A model generated the notes under the pieces. That model ran no database searches, was not told where the DNA came from, and was given only the letters and a program-made list of their open reading frames with translations. From Chiloscyllium plagiosum (Eukaryota), in assembly GCF_004010195.1 (NCBI RefSeq), contig NC_057745.1:11976679-12040678 (forward strand): a DNA stretch of 64,000 bases, written 5' to 3'. Positions 1 to 13,015 of the stretch are shown one piece after another. Within the stretch, counting starts at the first letter, position 1. The number at the start of each line of letters is the position of its first letter. Both the position numbers and the translations under genes were made by a program.

Positions 1-245
1 AAAAATAAAACACACAGTGAGGTTCAAAGAAATATGAGCGTTTATGCTTAGACCGATCCTGGTTCCTCACAAATATTCTAATCAATGAGAATGTAATGTT
101 CAAAATGACCATGGGGGTGAAAGGTTGGATTGTTACTTGTTGAAAGATGAAGAACTGTAATACTGAGCCAATTGGTATAGCAGTGACAACAAGGAACAAG
201 TTGTTATTTAGTGGAGCTGGGAATAAGGGTGGTAATGTTACTAAA

Positions 246-580
246 TAAAAACAATAACTGCAGATGCTGGAAACCAGATTCTGGATTAGTGGTGCTGGAA
301 GAGCACAGCAATTCAGGCAGCATCCAACGAGCAGCGAAATCGACGTTTCGGGCAAAAGCCCTTCATCAGGAATAAAGGCAGAGAGCCTGAAGCGTGGAGA
401 GATAAGCTAGGGGAGGGTGGGGGTGGGGAGAAAGTAGCATAGAGTATTCTTGTAGAGAGAGGAGGAAAACGTCTTCAAGGCAGGCATCCTTGCAAGAGGA
501 TTCGCAGTAGGGTTAAAATCAACGAGGTAAAAACAATAACTGCAGATGCTGGAAACCAGATTCTGGATCAGTGGTGCTGG
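246..580 (-). mobile_element. Penelope-like-element (PLE) terminal fragment with direct repeat and hammerhead motif
   Basis: aaaaacaataactgcagatgctggaaaccagattctgga repeated at both ends; possible 6-bp TSD actaaa; hammerhead core at 341-370. Confidence 0.75.
341..370 (-). ncRNA. Minimal type-I hammerhead ribozyme motif
   Basis: Minus strand CCTGATGA-A-GGGC-TTTT-GCCC-GAAACGTC: intact CUGAUGA and GAAA boxes, 4-bp stem II, palindromic ACGT stem III. Confidence 0.7.
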
Positions 581-2267
581 ACTAAACTAGTAACCCAGAG
601 TCCCAGACTAATGTTTGGTGGATGAGAGTTTGAATTTCATTATGACAGATGATGAGATTCAAATTCATTAATCGACATTTTAATTCCAGATTTTTTAATA
701 TCAACCAGTGTCAACCACTGTCAATTGCCATTTTAAAAATCCCATCTGGTTCACTAATGTCCTTTAGGAAAGAAAATCTGCCTTGTTTGGTCTGACCTAC
801 ACGTGACTCCAGGCCCACTGAAATTTGGTTGAATTTTGACTGCCCTCTGAAAGACCTTGCAATCCACTTGGGTCAAGGGCAGTTCAGGATGTGCAGCAAA
901 TGCTGGCATTGCTGGTAGCCCCATATCCCATGAAAAAACTAAAGTCAAAGCTCGTGTTATGCAAGACCAGGAGGAACCCACAATGTAGCATCACATACCA
1001 GTGCTCAAATCTCCAAGCTCTCCAGCCTGATTTTAACTCCACAAATCACTAACTTCAAATCTCCCCCAAAGCTATCAACCACAGGATGGCCTAGACAGCC
1101 AGTCAATGATGAAATTCACTCTCTCCTTTCAAAAGAGCACTGCTACTGGAGAATTTCTCTATAAAACTACGAGTGGCCGGTTCACTGAGAGGCTGTGGAA
1201 CAGATGTTGACTATATTGTTAATCAATAACCACTGCATCTCCAGCAGCGCCTGGGGCTTACAGCTGCCAAAGAAATACATCTCCAATATGTAAAATAGAA
1301 GCAAAAAATGTTTCCTGCTCGTACTCCCTGGATTGTTCACCAATGTAGTGGCTTCCTAGGAAGCTGCAGGTTTCAAATGTAATTAAACAGACACTGCTCC
1401 TGCGGACACTGCCACTTGACTCAGTTCCTAAATAGAGGCTTTGAGTAACATTGCCAGCCTGCTTCAGCCCATCTTGCTACCCAGCACCATGTGGCACGGC
1501 ATTTCCCTTGACTTTTGATTTTTGCTAACGATGATGCATCGGTGTTTTTTGCGCCTGCTGCTTCAAACTGGATGCATACCGTCTGTTTCACGTTTTCTCA
1601 AGCAGCACACAGGCCAAATCTTCAAATAAAATATTCAGATTTGTTATGGTAATTGTTTTCATTTCTATCGCTTCGAGAGAAAACTCCTGTTAAGCACAAC
1701 TGACACATTCCCGTTGCGAGCTGTGAGAGACCGGAGTGGCAAATGTTTATCAAGAGGGATGATGGAGCAGAAGCCTCATTAAAACCCACAGAGGAAATGC
1801 TTCCGAATCCAACGCACGCAATGTGTTACAGAGACAGTTGGTGCCTGATAGACAAAAGCAGAAATGACATAAGAGCCTTCAGCTTGCAGTGTTGCCAATC
1901 TCAGGACTGGCGTCACCCACACTCAGGCATACCCTTGCCAACAGGGGCCAGGTTTGGCCAATGCTGAGAGAATGCCAGCCTGTGGAAAATGGGGACTGAA
2001 GCCAGCCACAATTGTCTGGGGAAGCTACAATTCTCAGCAAAGCTGCAGCTCTTTTAAAAAAAACACTGCAGCTCATACACAGGAGGAAAGAGCTCTTTAT
2101 AAATAACAGTTATAAATGTTCACAGGTGAACCAAAAGAGTCAAAAAATCAATAAGGGAAAATTGCCCTTTCCGTGAAAATGCAGAACGCACTTAACACTG
2201 TTCAGAACGGAAGGCAAAGAATTACCTGCAGATACCACTCAGACTTAATCAGATCACATTGGCTAGT

Positions 2268-2590
2268 GGGTGGCTGGGTGGCACAGTGCTTAGCACTGCT
2301 GCCTCACAGCGCCAGAGACCTGGGTTCAATTCCCACCTCAGGCAATTGTCTGTGTGGAGTTTGCATATTCTCCTTGTGTCTGTGTGGGTTTCTTCTGAGT
2401 GCTCCGGTTTCCTCCCACAGTCCAAAAACGTGCAGGTTAGGTAAACTGGCCATGCTAAATTGCCCGTAGTGTTAGGTGAAGGGGTAAACGTAGGGGAATG
2501 GGTCTGGATGGGTTGCTCTTCAGAGGGTCGGTGTGGACTTTTTGGGCCGAAGGGCCTGTTTCCACACTGTAAGTAATCTAATCTAATCTA
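2268..2590 (+). mobile_element. HE1-type tRNA-derived SINE
   Basis: A/B-box head gtggcacagtgcttagcactgctgcctcacagcgccagagacctgggttcaattccc, conserved central domain, CR1-like tail ending (taatc)n. Confidence 0.88.
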
Positions 2591-3519
2591 AATATAAAGA
2601 AATAAGTTTAATGTCATCAGGAGTGTAAAGTTGAGCATAATTTTATTTCAGCCATATACTATTAGGGAGTGGAATACAACAGGAACAATGACTAGGATCT
2701 GTAGAATCCTCAAAAAGCTGGAATGTGGGGCATTCAGTGAATTCCACAGAAGTTGTGAGGCACAGACCTTGGCTGGAACACAGACAGGCTACTCCGAGAT
2801 AACAAATTGTATGCATGTTACACAGAATTGAGCTTCACATGTTTTGATGGATATCGGCTTCAAGAGGAGCTCTTTGGTTAAAATTGGTGCGTGGCCAGGG
2901 CACTATAATAAAAGGAAGGAGAGGACCGTTCTTCTGAACAATCATGTGTAAAAGTCCTCTGCTTTAGATGTCAGCATGATTAAGTCACCAAACTGTCAGA
3001 GGAGCTGTGCAGCTCAGGAGTCAGTGTGGCCCAAAGATCAGAAAACTCAAGGGTGACAGTAAATTGAAGGTAATCATGGCTCAAGGGTCAATGTAACAAA
3101 AATGAAAGTGGCAATTTTAGTTTAATTTGTCAGGTGACAAATTGACTAGCTCTGATCAGCTGTCTGTTGTACAGCTGCCTGTCTCATTTTCCTTCCGACT
3201 GAGGCGAATAACAGATGGGGTGTAAAATTGGAGACCAATCACATCACAGCAGGTGAGTTACAATAAAACAAACTCAGTTATTTTTCTCATCTTGCTAGCT
3301 GTCCCTTCACAATCCACTGTGTGAAGAGACCTAGATTCTCAAGTGTTGTTTAATGACCATTTCTCTCAAAAACAGAGACTAACCACTTAGCTTATAAATG
3401 TTAGATCCTCACCCTCAATATCCTGGAGGTCAACCTTCATTAGAAACTTAATTAGTTCAGCGATATAACTACAGTAACTACAAAAACAGGTCAGAGATGT
3501 TCTGTGGCAGTAACACATC

Positions 3520-4110
3520 TCCTCAAGAAAAGTATCCAACAGCCACAAGGCACAAGTCAGGAGTGTAACTGAACACACTGCAGCTTGTCTGGATGAATGG
3601 AGCTCCAACAATGCTCAAGAAGCTCAACACCAACCAGTTCTGAAGAAGGGTCACTGCACCTGAAACATTAACACTGCTTTCTCTCCATAGATGCTGCCAG
3701 ACCTGTTGAGTTTTTCCAGCAATTTCTAATTTCTAGCATCCGCAGTTCTTCAAGTGATTTTTTCAGCGCCAACAAGGTGAGCTCGATACACGCCCAGTCC
3801 ACCACTTTCAACAGTCATTCCCTCGGTCATGGGTACACAGCTACAGCAGTGTACGCCATCCACAAAATGGACTGCAGCAATTCACTGAGATCCATACCAA
3901 CACTTTCCAAACTTATCTAAAGCTTTAGAGCAGCAGATGCACAGGAACATCGCCAACTGCAGTTTCCCCTCCAAGTCTCACACCTTTGGTTATATCTCCA
4001 CTACATACGCTCAGCAGTTCAAGATGGCGGCTAATGCTATCAAGGACAATTAAAGATGGAGAACAAACATTGGCCTTGTCAGCATTGCCCACAAGAATGA
4101 ATAAAATAGA
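3520..4110 (+). mobile_element. L2-like LINE 3' fragment interrupted by PLE-derived insert (about 3635-3762)
   Basis: Similar to 47780-48245; insert begins with decayed hammerhead CTGAAGAAGGGTCACTGCACCTGAAAC. Confidence 0.7.
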
Positions 4111-4244
4111 AAATACAACAAGATTCTTTCTGAAGTAATCAAGTTGAAAAGATGTTTGACTGCTGGCTGTGACACAAAAGCAACAATTAGGCAATTACAA
4201 TCGCAGGAAGAGGAACATTATAACCGATTTAGAATTAACCTTAT

Positions 4245-5590
4245 AAGACCATAAGTCACAGAAGCAGAATTGGCCATTTGGTACATCGAGTCTGCTCCAC
4301 AGTTACCTCATGGCTGATATGTTTCTCAAGCACACTCTTCTGCCTTCTTCCTGTAACCCTTGACCCCTTACCAATCAAGAACCTACCTATCTCTGTTTTA
4401 TAGACACTCAATGACTTAGCCTCCACAGCCCTCTGTGACAATGAGTTCCACAGATTAACTAGCCTCCCGTTGAAGAAACTCCTCATCTTAGTTCATGCGG
4501 GTCACCCCTTCACTCTGAGGCAATGCCCTCAGGTCCTAGTATATCTTACCAGTGGATGTGAAGAAGATGTTCCACTCTATCCAGGCCTCTTAGTATTCCT
4601 TAAATTTCAATCAGATACCCCCCTCATCCTTCTAAACTCCATCAGGTACAGACTCAGGGACCTCAAATGCTTCTCATATGACAAGCCCTTCATCCCTGGG
4701 ATCATTCTTGTAAACTTCCTCTGGATCCCCCTCCAACACCAGCACTTGCTTCCTCACATAAGGGGCCCAAAACTACTCACAATATTCCAAATGTAGTCTG
4801 ACCAGTGTCTTATACAGCCTCGGCAGTACATCTCTGCTCTTGTACTTTAGCCCTCTTGAAATGAATGCTAACATGGCATTTGCCTTCCTAACTGACTATC
4901 AAACCTGATGGTAACCTTAAGAAAATCCTAAAACTCCCAAATTCCTTTGTGTTTCAGATTTCAGATGATTTTCCCACATTCAGAAAATAGTCTACACTTC
5001 AGTTCTTCCTCCCAAAGTGCATGACCTCACATTTTCCCACATTGTATTCCATCTGCCACTTCTTTAACCACTCTCCTAGACTGTCCAAATCCTTTTATAG
5101 CCTCCTCACTTCCTCAACACTACCTGCCCCTCCACCTATCTTTATTAAATCTACAAACTTAGCAATGCCCTCAGTTCTTTTGTCCAGATCATTAGTGTAT
5201 AACATGAATATCTGTGGTCCCACTAACTGACCCCTGTGGACCTCCACTAGTCACTGGCTGTCATCCTGATAAAAAGACCTCTTTATCCCCACTCTCTGTC
5301 TTCTGCCAGTCAGTTAATCCTCTATCCATGGCAGTACCTTGCCCTTCCCTTACTTTTTTTTTGCCTCTTGTGCAGCACCATGTCAAAGGCTTTCTGGAAA
5401 TCCAAATCCATCATGTCTACTGACTGTCCTTTATCTAACTTGCTCGTTACCTCAAAGAAAATTTAACAGATTTGTCAGTCATGACCTCCCCTTGATGAAG
5501 CCATGTTGACTCAGCCCTATCTTACCCTGCACTTTTAAATACTCATCCTTAATAATGGACCCTAAAATCTTATCAAAGACCAATGTCAGT
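4245..5590 (-). mobile_element. CR1 LINE 3' portion (degenerate RT)
   Basis: CR1 tail (ataagacc repeats); minus-strand peptide 'MRSFF..RLVNLWNSL...AVEA'; RT remnants. Confidence 0.88.
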
Positions 5591-5624
5591 CTTCATGAGA
5601 CTTCATTATACTCTTAACTGCTCT

Positions 5625-6195
5625 TAAGGCCATAAAACCAAAAGACATAGGAGCAGAAATTTGGCCATTCAGCCCATCGAGTCTGCTCCGCCATTCAGTC
5701 ATGACTGATAGTTTCTCAACCCCATTCTTGTACTTTCTCCCCGTAACCCATGATCCCCTTCCAAGAACCTATCCATCTCGGTCTTAAATATAATAACGAC
5801 CCGGTCTCCACAGCCTTCTGTGGCAATGAATTCCCTAGATTCACCACTCTCTGGCTGAAGAAGTTTCTCCTTATCTCCACTTTAAAAGGTCTTCCCTTTA
5901 CTTTAGGGCTGTGCCCTCAGGTCCTAGTCTCTCCTACCAATGGAAACATCTTCCCAATGTCCACTCTGACCAGGCCTTTCAGTATTCTGTAAGTTACAAT
6001 TAGATCCCACACCCCCACCCTTCTAAACTTCGAGCATAAACTCAGAGTCCTCAAATGTTCCTCATATGTTAAGCTTTTCATTCCTGGATCATTCTCATGA
6101 ATCTTCTCTGAACACACTCCAGGGCCAATACATCCTTCCTGAGATATGGGCCCCAACACTGCTCACAATTCTCCAAATGTAGTCTGACTAGATTA
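5625..6195 (-). mobile_element. CR1 LINE 3' fragment
   Basis: Same family as 4245-5590; 'YRILKGL.RVD..KMFPLVGETRT'. Confidence 0.88.
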
Positions 6196-6529
6196 AGGTG
6201 AAAGCGAAGGCTTATAGCAAGAGACAATCAAATATCTATTAGCAATCACCAAATATAGATTTGCAAGTTAGTGAAACTTCAAGATATGCACACGCATGAT
6301 CATATGGAAGGTTATATTGACCCATGAGAATGATCTAAGAGATGACTGATGAAATAATCTAGAATGTGGTGGTTCAAACTATCACACTATTCCAACGAGA
6401 CAGAAAGGAATTATTGGCAGATCCAACTGTATCTGTTTCACTGTATCTGCAGTTAAATTAAGTCACTCCCAAGTTTAGACTACAAAATGAATCTTTTTAA
6501 AATAAAGTCAGGAAGCACTCTGACAAGGT

Positions 6530-6965
6530 GCAAAGACATTAACAAGGTTCAACAGGAACAATTTGTCATGCCTTAAGGCAGCAAACCATCATACAAATCA
6601 TCAAAGGACCATTATCACATCCAAATCAACACTGAGCCACATGAAGGCAGAAGGTAATTGTTGACTGTGCAGCTTAAAGGAGGAGAGGGAGGGACATGCA
6701 GAGATCGACATGCAGGCAATTCAGAATTTAGGTATTTTCTAGTCAACATGTTCAGAGATGTTATTACTAATATTTGGAGCAGGTAAGGCTTGAATATAGT
6801 TATCTGACCCAGAAGGAGGGACATTACCACTGCACCACAAGAGCCAAGTCAGAGTTTATGGCCTTGGTAGTTGATGCACTGGTGAACTATTTAAAATTGG
6901 AAATACTTACAAGGCCAGTTGTGGTGGAGTGCAGAAATCTCAGAAACTTGTGGAATTGACGCAAG
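6530..6965 (-). mobile_element. Degenerate L2-like 3' fragment with small tRNA-like insert
   Basis: Resembles 12485-12655 and 16125-16400. Confidence 0.5.
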
Positions 6966-7189
6966 GTGGAGAACAGGACCTTGTTATATTGCTATAACAA
7001 GTTCGCCTCACGCTGAATATCTGTGCCATTCCTGATCTTTATGTGAAAAATACTCTTGTGAATAAAGTGAAAGTAAGTTGTTCTCAGGCAAGTTTACTTA
7101 CCGTAGCTTGGACAAAAATCCCTGTCTCCCAAAACAGGAAAAGAGATAAAAGATCAAACAAGAAGCAGAACATGTTAAAGGGCATCACT

Positions 7190-7480
7190 CTTTCTCTCTG
7201 AGCTTGGAGATTTCTCACCTTCTGCCCTTACCTCCCAATAAATGCCAATGGGGTAGAAATTGCCTCACATTCTTCAGACACGGAAGTCATTTCTCTTTGT
7301 CTCAGCCTTAAATGATCAGCCACTCTTCCTGACAGAGTACCCGATATGCTCTTGGTTCTCCAGTCAGTAGGAAACAGCCAGTCAGCCTCCAGCCTGTTAA
7401 ATCCTCTCGGGGTCATATACAGTTCAATAAGAGCCCTCTAACTCTTCCACCTGTAGAGAATGTATATCCATCCTATTTAG
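7190..7480 (-). mobile_element. Degenerate CR1 3' fragment
   Basis: CR1-like C-terminal remnant ('GFNRLEADWLFP'). Confidence 0.6.
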
Positions 7481-7482
7481 GG

Positions 7483-7835
7483 TCAGCAATGGCCTAGTGG
7501 TATTGTTGTTAAATTATTCATCCAGAGACCGAAGTATTGCTCTGGCGATCAGGTTTCAAATCCTGCCATATTAGATGGTGGAATTTGAATTCAGTAAAGA
7601 TCTAGAATTATGAATCCGATGATGACAACAAAACCATTGTTAATGGTCAGAAACACCCACCTGATTCACCAATGTTCTTCAGGGAAGGAAATCTGCCATT
7701 CTTACCTGGTCTGAACAAATGTGACTTCAGTCCCACAGCAATGTGGTTGATGTTTAACTGCCCTTCAGGCAACTAAGACTGGGCAGTAAATAAATGCTGG
7801 TCCAGTCAAGGATGTCCAAATCCCATGAATAAATA
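7483..7835 (+). mobile_element. tRNA-headed SINE with L2-like tail
   Basis: ggcctagtggta head, ggtttcaaatcc B-box-like site, same core as 227-935. Confidence 0.78.
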
Positions 7836-9112
7836 AATTCTGACTTCAACGGACAATCCTGTCAAACCAGGAATCAGCAGGTATGCCTTGACGGAGATAA
7901 AGCAGGTATATACTGATGGAGGTCAAGCAGATTTACCTTGACACAGATGAAAACAGTACGAAATAATTTCAATTTATCTTGAATCATCGGCTGTTTCTCA
8001 AAATAAAGCTGCCACAGAGAGAAAACCAAACACTCCAGCAACATGACTAGGACAAAACACAATAGTGTCACTTAATTAATAGGCCAAAAGTCAACTTAAC
8101 CAATTAAAAAAATGGGCCAGCCAATTATGCAATATTGTTCCACTTAATTACCCCATTGGGTTTTGTTATCGCACCAGAAGTACCCTGATTTGTGGTTAAC
8201 TGTGTCAAATTAGCCTTTGAAGTGCCCACAATTTCACCAAATTTCTACACCATTCCTGCAAGACTTCCAAACTCGTTTACTCTGATCTTGCTGCAGTAAA
8301 GATTAACATATTAGAAGCACAGGATCTAGGAGTAGGGGAAGACCATCCAGCCCTTTCAGCCTACTCCACGATTCGATAAGATCAAAGCTGATCAGCTCCA
8401 GTTTCCTGTCTGTCCTCCTTTTGATCTTTGCTTCCCAGATTGTTTGCTGGAACTGCATTTTCCCATGGTTTGTGCACAAGAACATCTAAATCCCTCCACA
8501 CAATGCTTGGCATAAAATTAATATGCTAGTTTTATTCTTCTGACTAAAAGGGGGGTTTGGATGTTCTTCAGGGAGTTGGTGTGGACTCAATGGGATGAAT
8601 AGCCTGCTGTAGGTATTCTATGATTACAGAGGTGTTTGCTTTACTCTCTGTGACAGCTTTGCTTTAAGAAACTCAAGATAAATTGAAATTATTGGGTACC
8701 ATTTCTAAGCTGAGTTGGTGCTCTTTAGATTTATGCTGTATTACTACAGTCAAGAAGAAAGGTTCTTGTCCAAAGGACCTACAGAACCCAGTGTCATGGT
8801 TAGCAATCTCTAACAATTAGTGTTGACCCCTCTTCTAGCTGGCAACTTACTACAGAAAGAACAAATCATTCTCAAGGAAGTCATGTTTGGCAAAACAATA
8901 ATTGCTTGTTGCTGCCATCAAGTGGCTAGAAGTTGTACTTCATCCATTTGATCAAAGGAAAACGTACTCTCTCAATAAATAAGTTACATCTGCAGGTTTA
9001 AGTGGTTGAAAACATTCTTAGGGTTTTGGAGATTTTGTTTGGTGCTCATCAGCTTAATATCAGGGAATGAAACTCACATTACTTCAGCAACAGTTTGCAT
9101 TTATATACAGGG

Positions 9113-9247
9113 TAAAAACCAAGGACTGCAGATACTGGAAACCAGAGTCTAGATTCGAGTGGTGCTAGAAAAGCACAGCAGGTCAGGCAGCATCCGAGGA
9201 GCAGGAAAATCAACGTTTTGGGCAAAAGCCCTTCATCAGGAATAGAG
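9113..9247 (-). mobile_element. PLE terminal fragment with mutated hammerhead
   Basis: Same family as 246-580; minus CCTGATGAAGGGCTTTTGCCCAAAAC (GAAA>AAAA). Confidence 0.75.
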
Positions 9248-10609
9248 GCCTTTAGGACTATGGTAATAGAGGTAGGTCATTCAGCCCGGTGAGCGCAAAT
9301 ATCACAGACCAGGAAGAGGAATGGAGTTAATGAAATGGCAGGGACCAAGACATTGGCACCAATATTTATGGGTGTGGATTTCTAAGTGAGCAGGAGGATG
9401 TGATGTGAGTGCAGAGCCATTTGCAATGTTGGAGGACGAACATCAGAATCAGAAAGGGGGATTGGGAACGAAGATAGGGGTGGAGATACGGATAAAGGCA
9501 GAGGTAGAAATTTAGACCAAATGGACAGATAGAGATAAAGAGACAGAATTTGAGATGGTAAAGGACATAGAGATGGACACGGAGATGGACTCAACAATCA
9601 CAGAGAAGGGTCCAATCACAACAGGTGTGTGATCAGTGGAAAGGGTTGGTGAGTTCATCTGCAGGTAGTGTGGAATGGGGAAGAGATTTGCTTTGGAGTT
9701 GAAGGAAGGAGGGGGATGAACACATTAAATATGGCCACTCCTCTTGGCCCTCAGATAGGGCTATCAAAGCATTTAACTGCTGGATGCAGCAATTCCCATC
9801 TCCCTTTGGTGTTGGGAATCTCAAGGCCTGGGAAATCCAGTCTGCTTGACACCTGAAAGTTCGATCAAATTTGAGACACATTGCCTCATTAAACTATTCA
9901 AAACTTTAGGTCATATAAAGCACAGAGGCACTGACACCACTGCCTGCAAGAAGAAAACTGCCAACAGCTCAGTGTAGAACGTCTTGATCCATCAAAACAC
10001 AAGCTACTTTGAGGCTCAGAAACCCATTGGCAAGGTGAAACAGTAGCGGTAAAGGTAGCCTGGGCTGTAAATCCCACTTCTTGACCCAACAACCGTGCAG
10101 AGAACCTTGTGGATTGAAACCTGGGCTCCTCAGTCATCTGAAGATTCATGTGAAGGCTCATCTCAAAATTTATTCAAAGACTCATCTCATCTGACAGATC
10201 ATCCTCAATTCCAAGGGACCACTAATAGTGATGACAATATTCTAACAGGTGATCCACTTCCTGGGAAGCATGACAGTTGCCTGTTGTCCCATCTCTATTA
10301 AAATGAGAAATGTGAGGGGGCTCACAGGAGGGTTGGGTGTCAAACATTCGGACATACTACCCGAACAAAACCTACCATTTTTCAAGAGGGATACAATTAC
10401 TGTCAGTGATTGCAGTTTTCCCAATATTTAACTGGAGGAAATTGTTGCTCATTCAATGGACAAGTAGGGGTTGAGAGAGATGGAGTGAGTAACCAGAATA
10501 AGTACCATCAGCAGAGTGCTCTGGTCAAGTAGATCAGGACTCAGTTAAAGCGTAAAGCTCTTCTATTGTCACTTCAATGATTTCCAGATAGATACAGCAT
10601 TGACTAAAA

Positions 10610-10845
10610 GTTTCAACCTTGGGACCTCTAATAATTCGGTTTAACGGGTAAAATTATATGGCGAATGAGCGCCAGCTATCATAAGGGAAACTTTGGAGGG
10701 AACCAGCTACTAGATGGTTGGACTAGTCTTGCGCCCCAGGACCAAGGTCAGATGACCAATTTGCACGTCAGGACCACAACAGACCTCCACCAGAGTTACC
10801 TCTGGCTTCGCCCTGCCCAGGCATAGTTCACCATCATTTGGGTCC
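10610..10845 (-). pseudogene. Degenerate 28S rRNA fragment
   Basis: Plus strand reads gagcgccagctatc..agggaaactttggagggaaccagctactagatggtt...gacctccaccagagtt.cctctggcttcgccctgcccaggcatagttcaccatc, the reverse complement of a conserved LSU rRNA core segment, with many substitutions; no other rDNA nearby. Confidence 0.9.
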
Positions 10846-11334
10846 TTCGGGTAATGTATTCTGAATACAGTTCCAAAAGGCTCTCTCAGATAAGAGGGTG
10901 AGAACAGTCTGACATCCCAGAGTTTAACACAGTTGCCTGCCTCCCTTCTTTTCTATTCCTGTCTCTGTGAAGATACTTCACACAAGCACCTGACTGACAA
11001 CCATGTCCGAAAGATAGCTTTTTATAAACAAAACCAGCACCTTGGTGTGAAGAACAAGGCTGACAGCAATAGTTTGGATATGTACGTGATAAGTGTGCTG
11101 ATAATGGTTTATAATAAATATGTAGTCCTTTGCGGGAGTAGTAGAGAAATTATTCATGGATGTGGACAGTTATTGTGATGAAATACCCCACTGAGTTGGA
11201 TTAGGCAGCTCCAAAGCTCAAAACCATCTCGGAACAAAGCAGCCCATTTGACTTGCACCCCTTCCAATACCTTCAGTGTTCAGTCCCTCCAACACCGATG
11301 CACCACGGCAGCAACAAAAACATCTACAAGGTTC

Positions 11335-11955
11335 AGTTGGCAGTTAGGAAGTTAGTATTCATTTTGACAAAGCTATAATACAAAAGCAGGGATATACCAC
11401 TTTTTTTAGGCTCTGTTTGGACTGCATTTGGAATATTGTCAACAGTTTTGAGACCGATATCTTGTGAAAAATGTGCTGGCCTAAGAGGGGACATCCAGAA
11501 GAGGTTTACAAGAATGTTCCCAGAAATCCCAAGGATAATAGGAGGTGAGGTTTAGGACTCTAGATCTGTACTCAATGGAGTTTAGAAGGATGAGGGAGGA
11601 TTTGATTGAAACTTACAGAATACTGAGCGGCCTGGATAGAATGGACATGGAGAAGATGTCGCCATTAGTAGGAGAGACTAGGACCTGAGGGCACAGCCTC
11701 GGAGTAAAGGGGTTTCTTTAGGACTGAGATGAGAAGAAATTTCTTTGGAAACTCTTGCCACTGAGAGCTGGAATTGCAGAGTCCTTCTGTATATTAAAGG
11801 CCAAGATAGATAGATTCTTGATCAGTATGGGAATCAAGGGCTATGCAGAAAAAGCAGGAAAGTGGACATGAGAAATAGCCATGATCCTATTAAATGGCTG
11901 AGCAGTCTTGAGGGGTCAAACGACCTACTCCTGTTCCTATTTCTTATGGTCTAAG
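11335..11955 (+). mobile_element. CR1 3' fragment nested in an L2-like 3' fragment (about 11170-12070)
   Basis: CR1 C-terminal coding remnant and tail cctactcctgttcctatttcttatggtct; L2-like tail resumes after it. Confidence 0.82.
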
Positions 11956-12484
11956 GTCACGCAGATTGCTGCAGTTCAAGAAAGAGGTTCACCACCACCT
12001 TCTCAAGGGCAGTTTAGGGATTGGCAACAAACGCTGGCCAGCCAGCAATGCCCACATCCCATGAGAGAATTCAAGAATTCTAGATCAGGTGGTTAAAGGA
12101 GCTATTCCTGAATTATGGAATTACACAGCACTGAATTCTCAATGATTCATCAAGCTAGAGTGAATGAAACATAGAGATCTGTGGAACTTCGATTTCAAGG
12201 GCTGCTGAATCTATGAAATGCATGAATTCTTCACGGACTGGAGAACTTGTAGAATATTGAATTCATGAAACACTGGATTTGTGTGTACAGGATTCAAAAG
12301 ATTCCAGGTTCAAGGGGTTTTGGAATTATTAATGGGATATAGGAATGATTCAGGATATGGGATTTGTGTAACACAGGAATTTATCATAATGTACAAGATT
12401 CACACAGAGCATTTTTTAGATACAAAAGTTGTTTCGCTAAATGCATTCTCATAAGCATACACACTCAATCGATACAAGAACAAT

Positions 12485-13015
12485 TACTTGCATTTATATA
12501 GCAGTTTTAATGTAATAAAATGTCCTGAAGTGCTTCATGGGGTATTTAAATCAAATAAGACACTTAGTTATTAGAGCAGGTGACCAATTTCTTGGTCAAG
12601 GAGTTCAACCTGAAGAAAGATCTTAAAAGGAGAACAGTGGAAGAGAGAGTGGACAGGTTAGGTTAGACTCCTTACAGTGTGGAAACAGGCCCTTCAGCCC
12701 AATCAATCCACACCGACCCTCCGAAGAGTAATCCACCCAGACCCATTTCCCTCTGACTAATGCACCTAACACTACGGGCAATTTAGCATGGCTAATTCAC
12801 CTGACCTGCACATCTTTGGACTGTGGGAGGAAACCAGAGCACCCGGAGAAAACCCACACAGACACGGGGAGAAAGTGCAAACTCCAAACAGACAGTTGCT
12901 TGAGGCTGGAATCAAACCTGGGACCCTGGTGCTGTGAGGCAGCAGTGCTAACCACTGTACCACCGTGCTGTTAGGGTTGGAATCTCAGAGCTTAAGGTTT
13001 TCACGGCTGAAGGCA
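12485..13015 (-). mobile_element. L2-like 3' end interrupted by HE1 SINE
   Basis: acttgcatttatatagc terminus; continuation after 12970. Confidence 0.6.
12656..12970 (-). mobile_element. HE1-type SINE
   Basis: Reverse complement of the 2268-2590 family, full head to tail. Confidence 0.9.

Larger units (their letters stand above)
227..935 (+). mobile_element. tRNA-headed SINE with L2-like 3' tail, interrupted by Penelope-derived insert
   Basis: Core aaaaatcccatctggttcactaatgtcctttaggaaagaaaatctgcc and tail caaatgctggcattgc...cccatatcccatgaa also present at 7483-7835 and 18215-18605. Confidence 0.75.

Noticed and set aside
2268-2340. tRNA genes at SINE heads (also 46190, 12900)
   Set aside because: A/B boxes continue into SINE bodies; no complete cloverleaf
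3387-3470. 'EGEDLT' resembling the CCP GEDLNR motif
   Set aside because: No HRC before it or NRQW after it; stop codon follows; no fitting splice sites
7102-7121. 20-nt micro-exon candidate (cag|...CTACG|gtaagt)
   Set aside because: Would frameshift the catalytic domain and has no CCP similarity
9040-9065. Similarity to U2 snRNA (tcatcagcttaatatc)
   Set aside because: Too short and mismatched; flanking U2 sequence absent
9400-9600. Purine-rich gagatgga/gagatagg tract
   Set aside because: Low-complexity simple-repeat relic; no further structure seen
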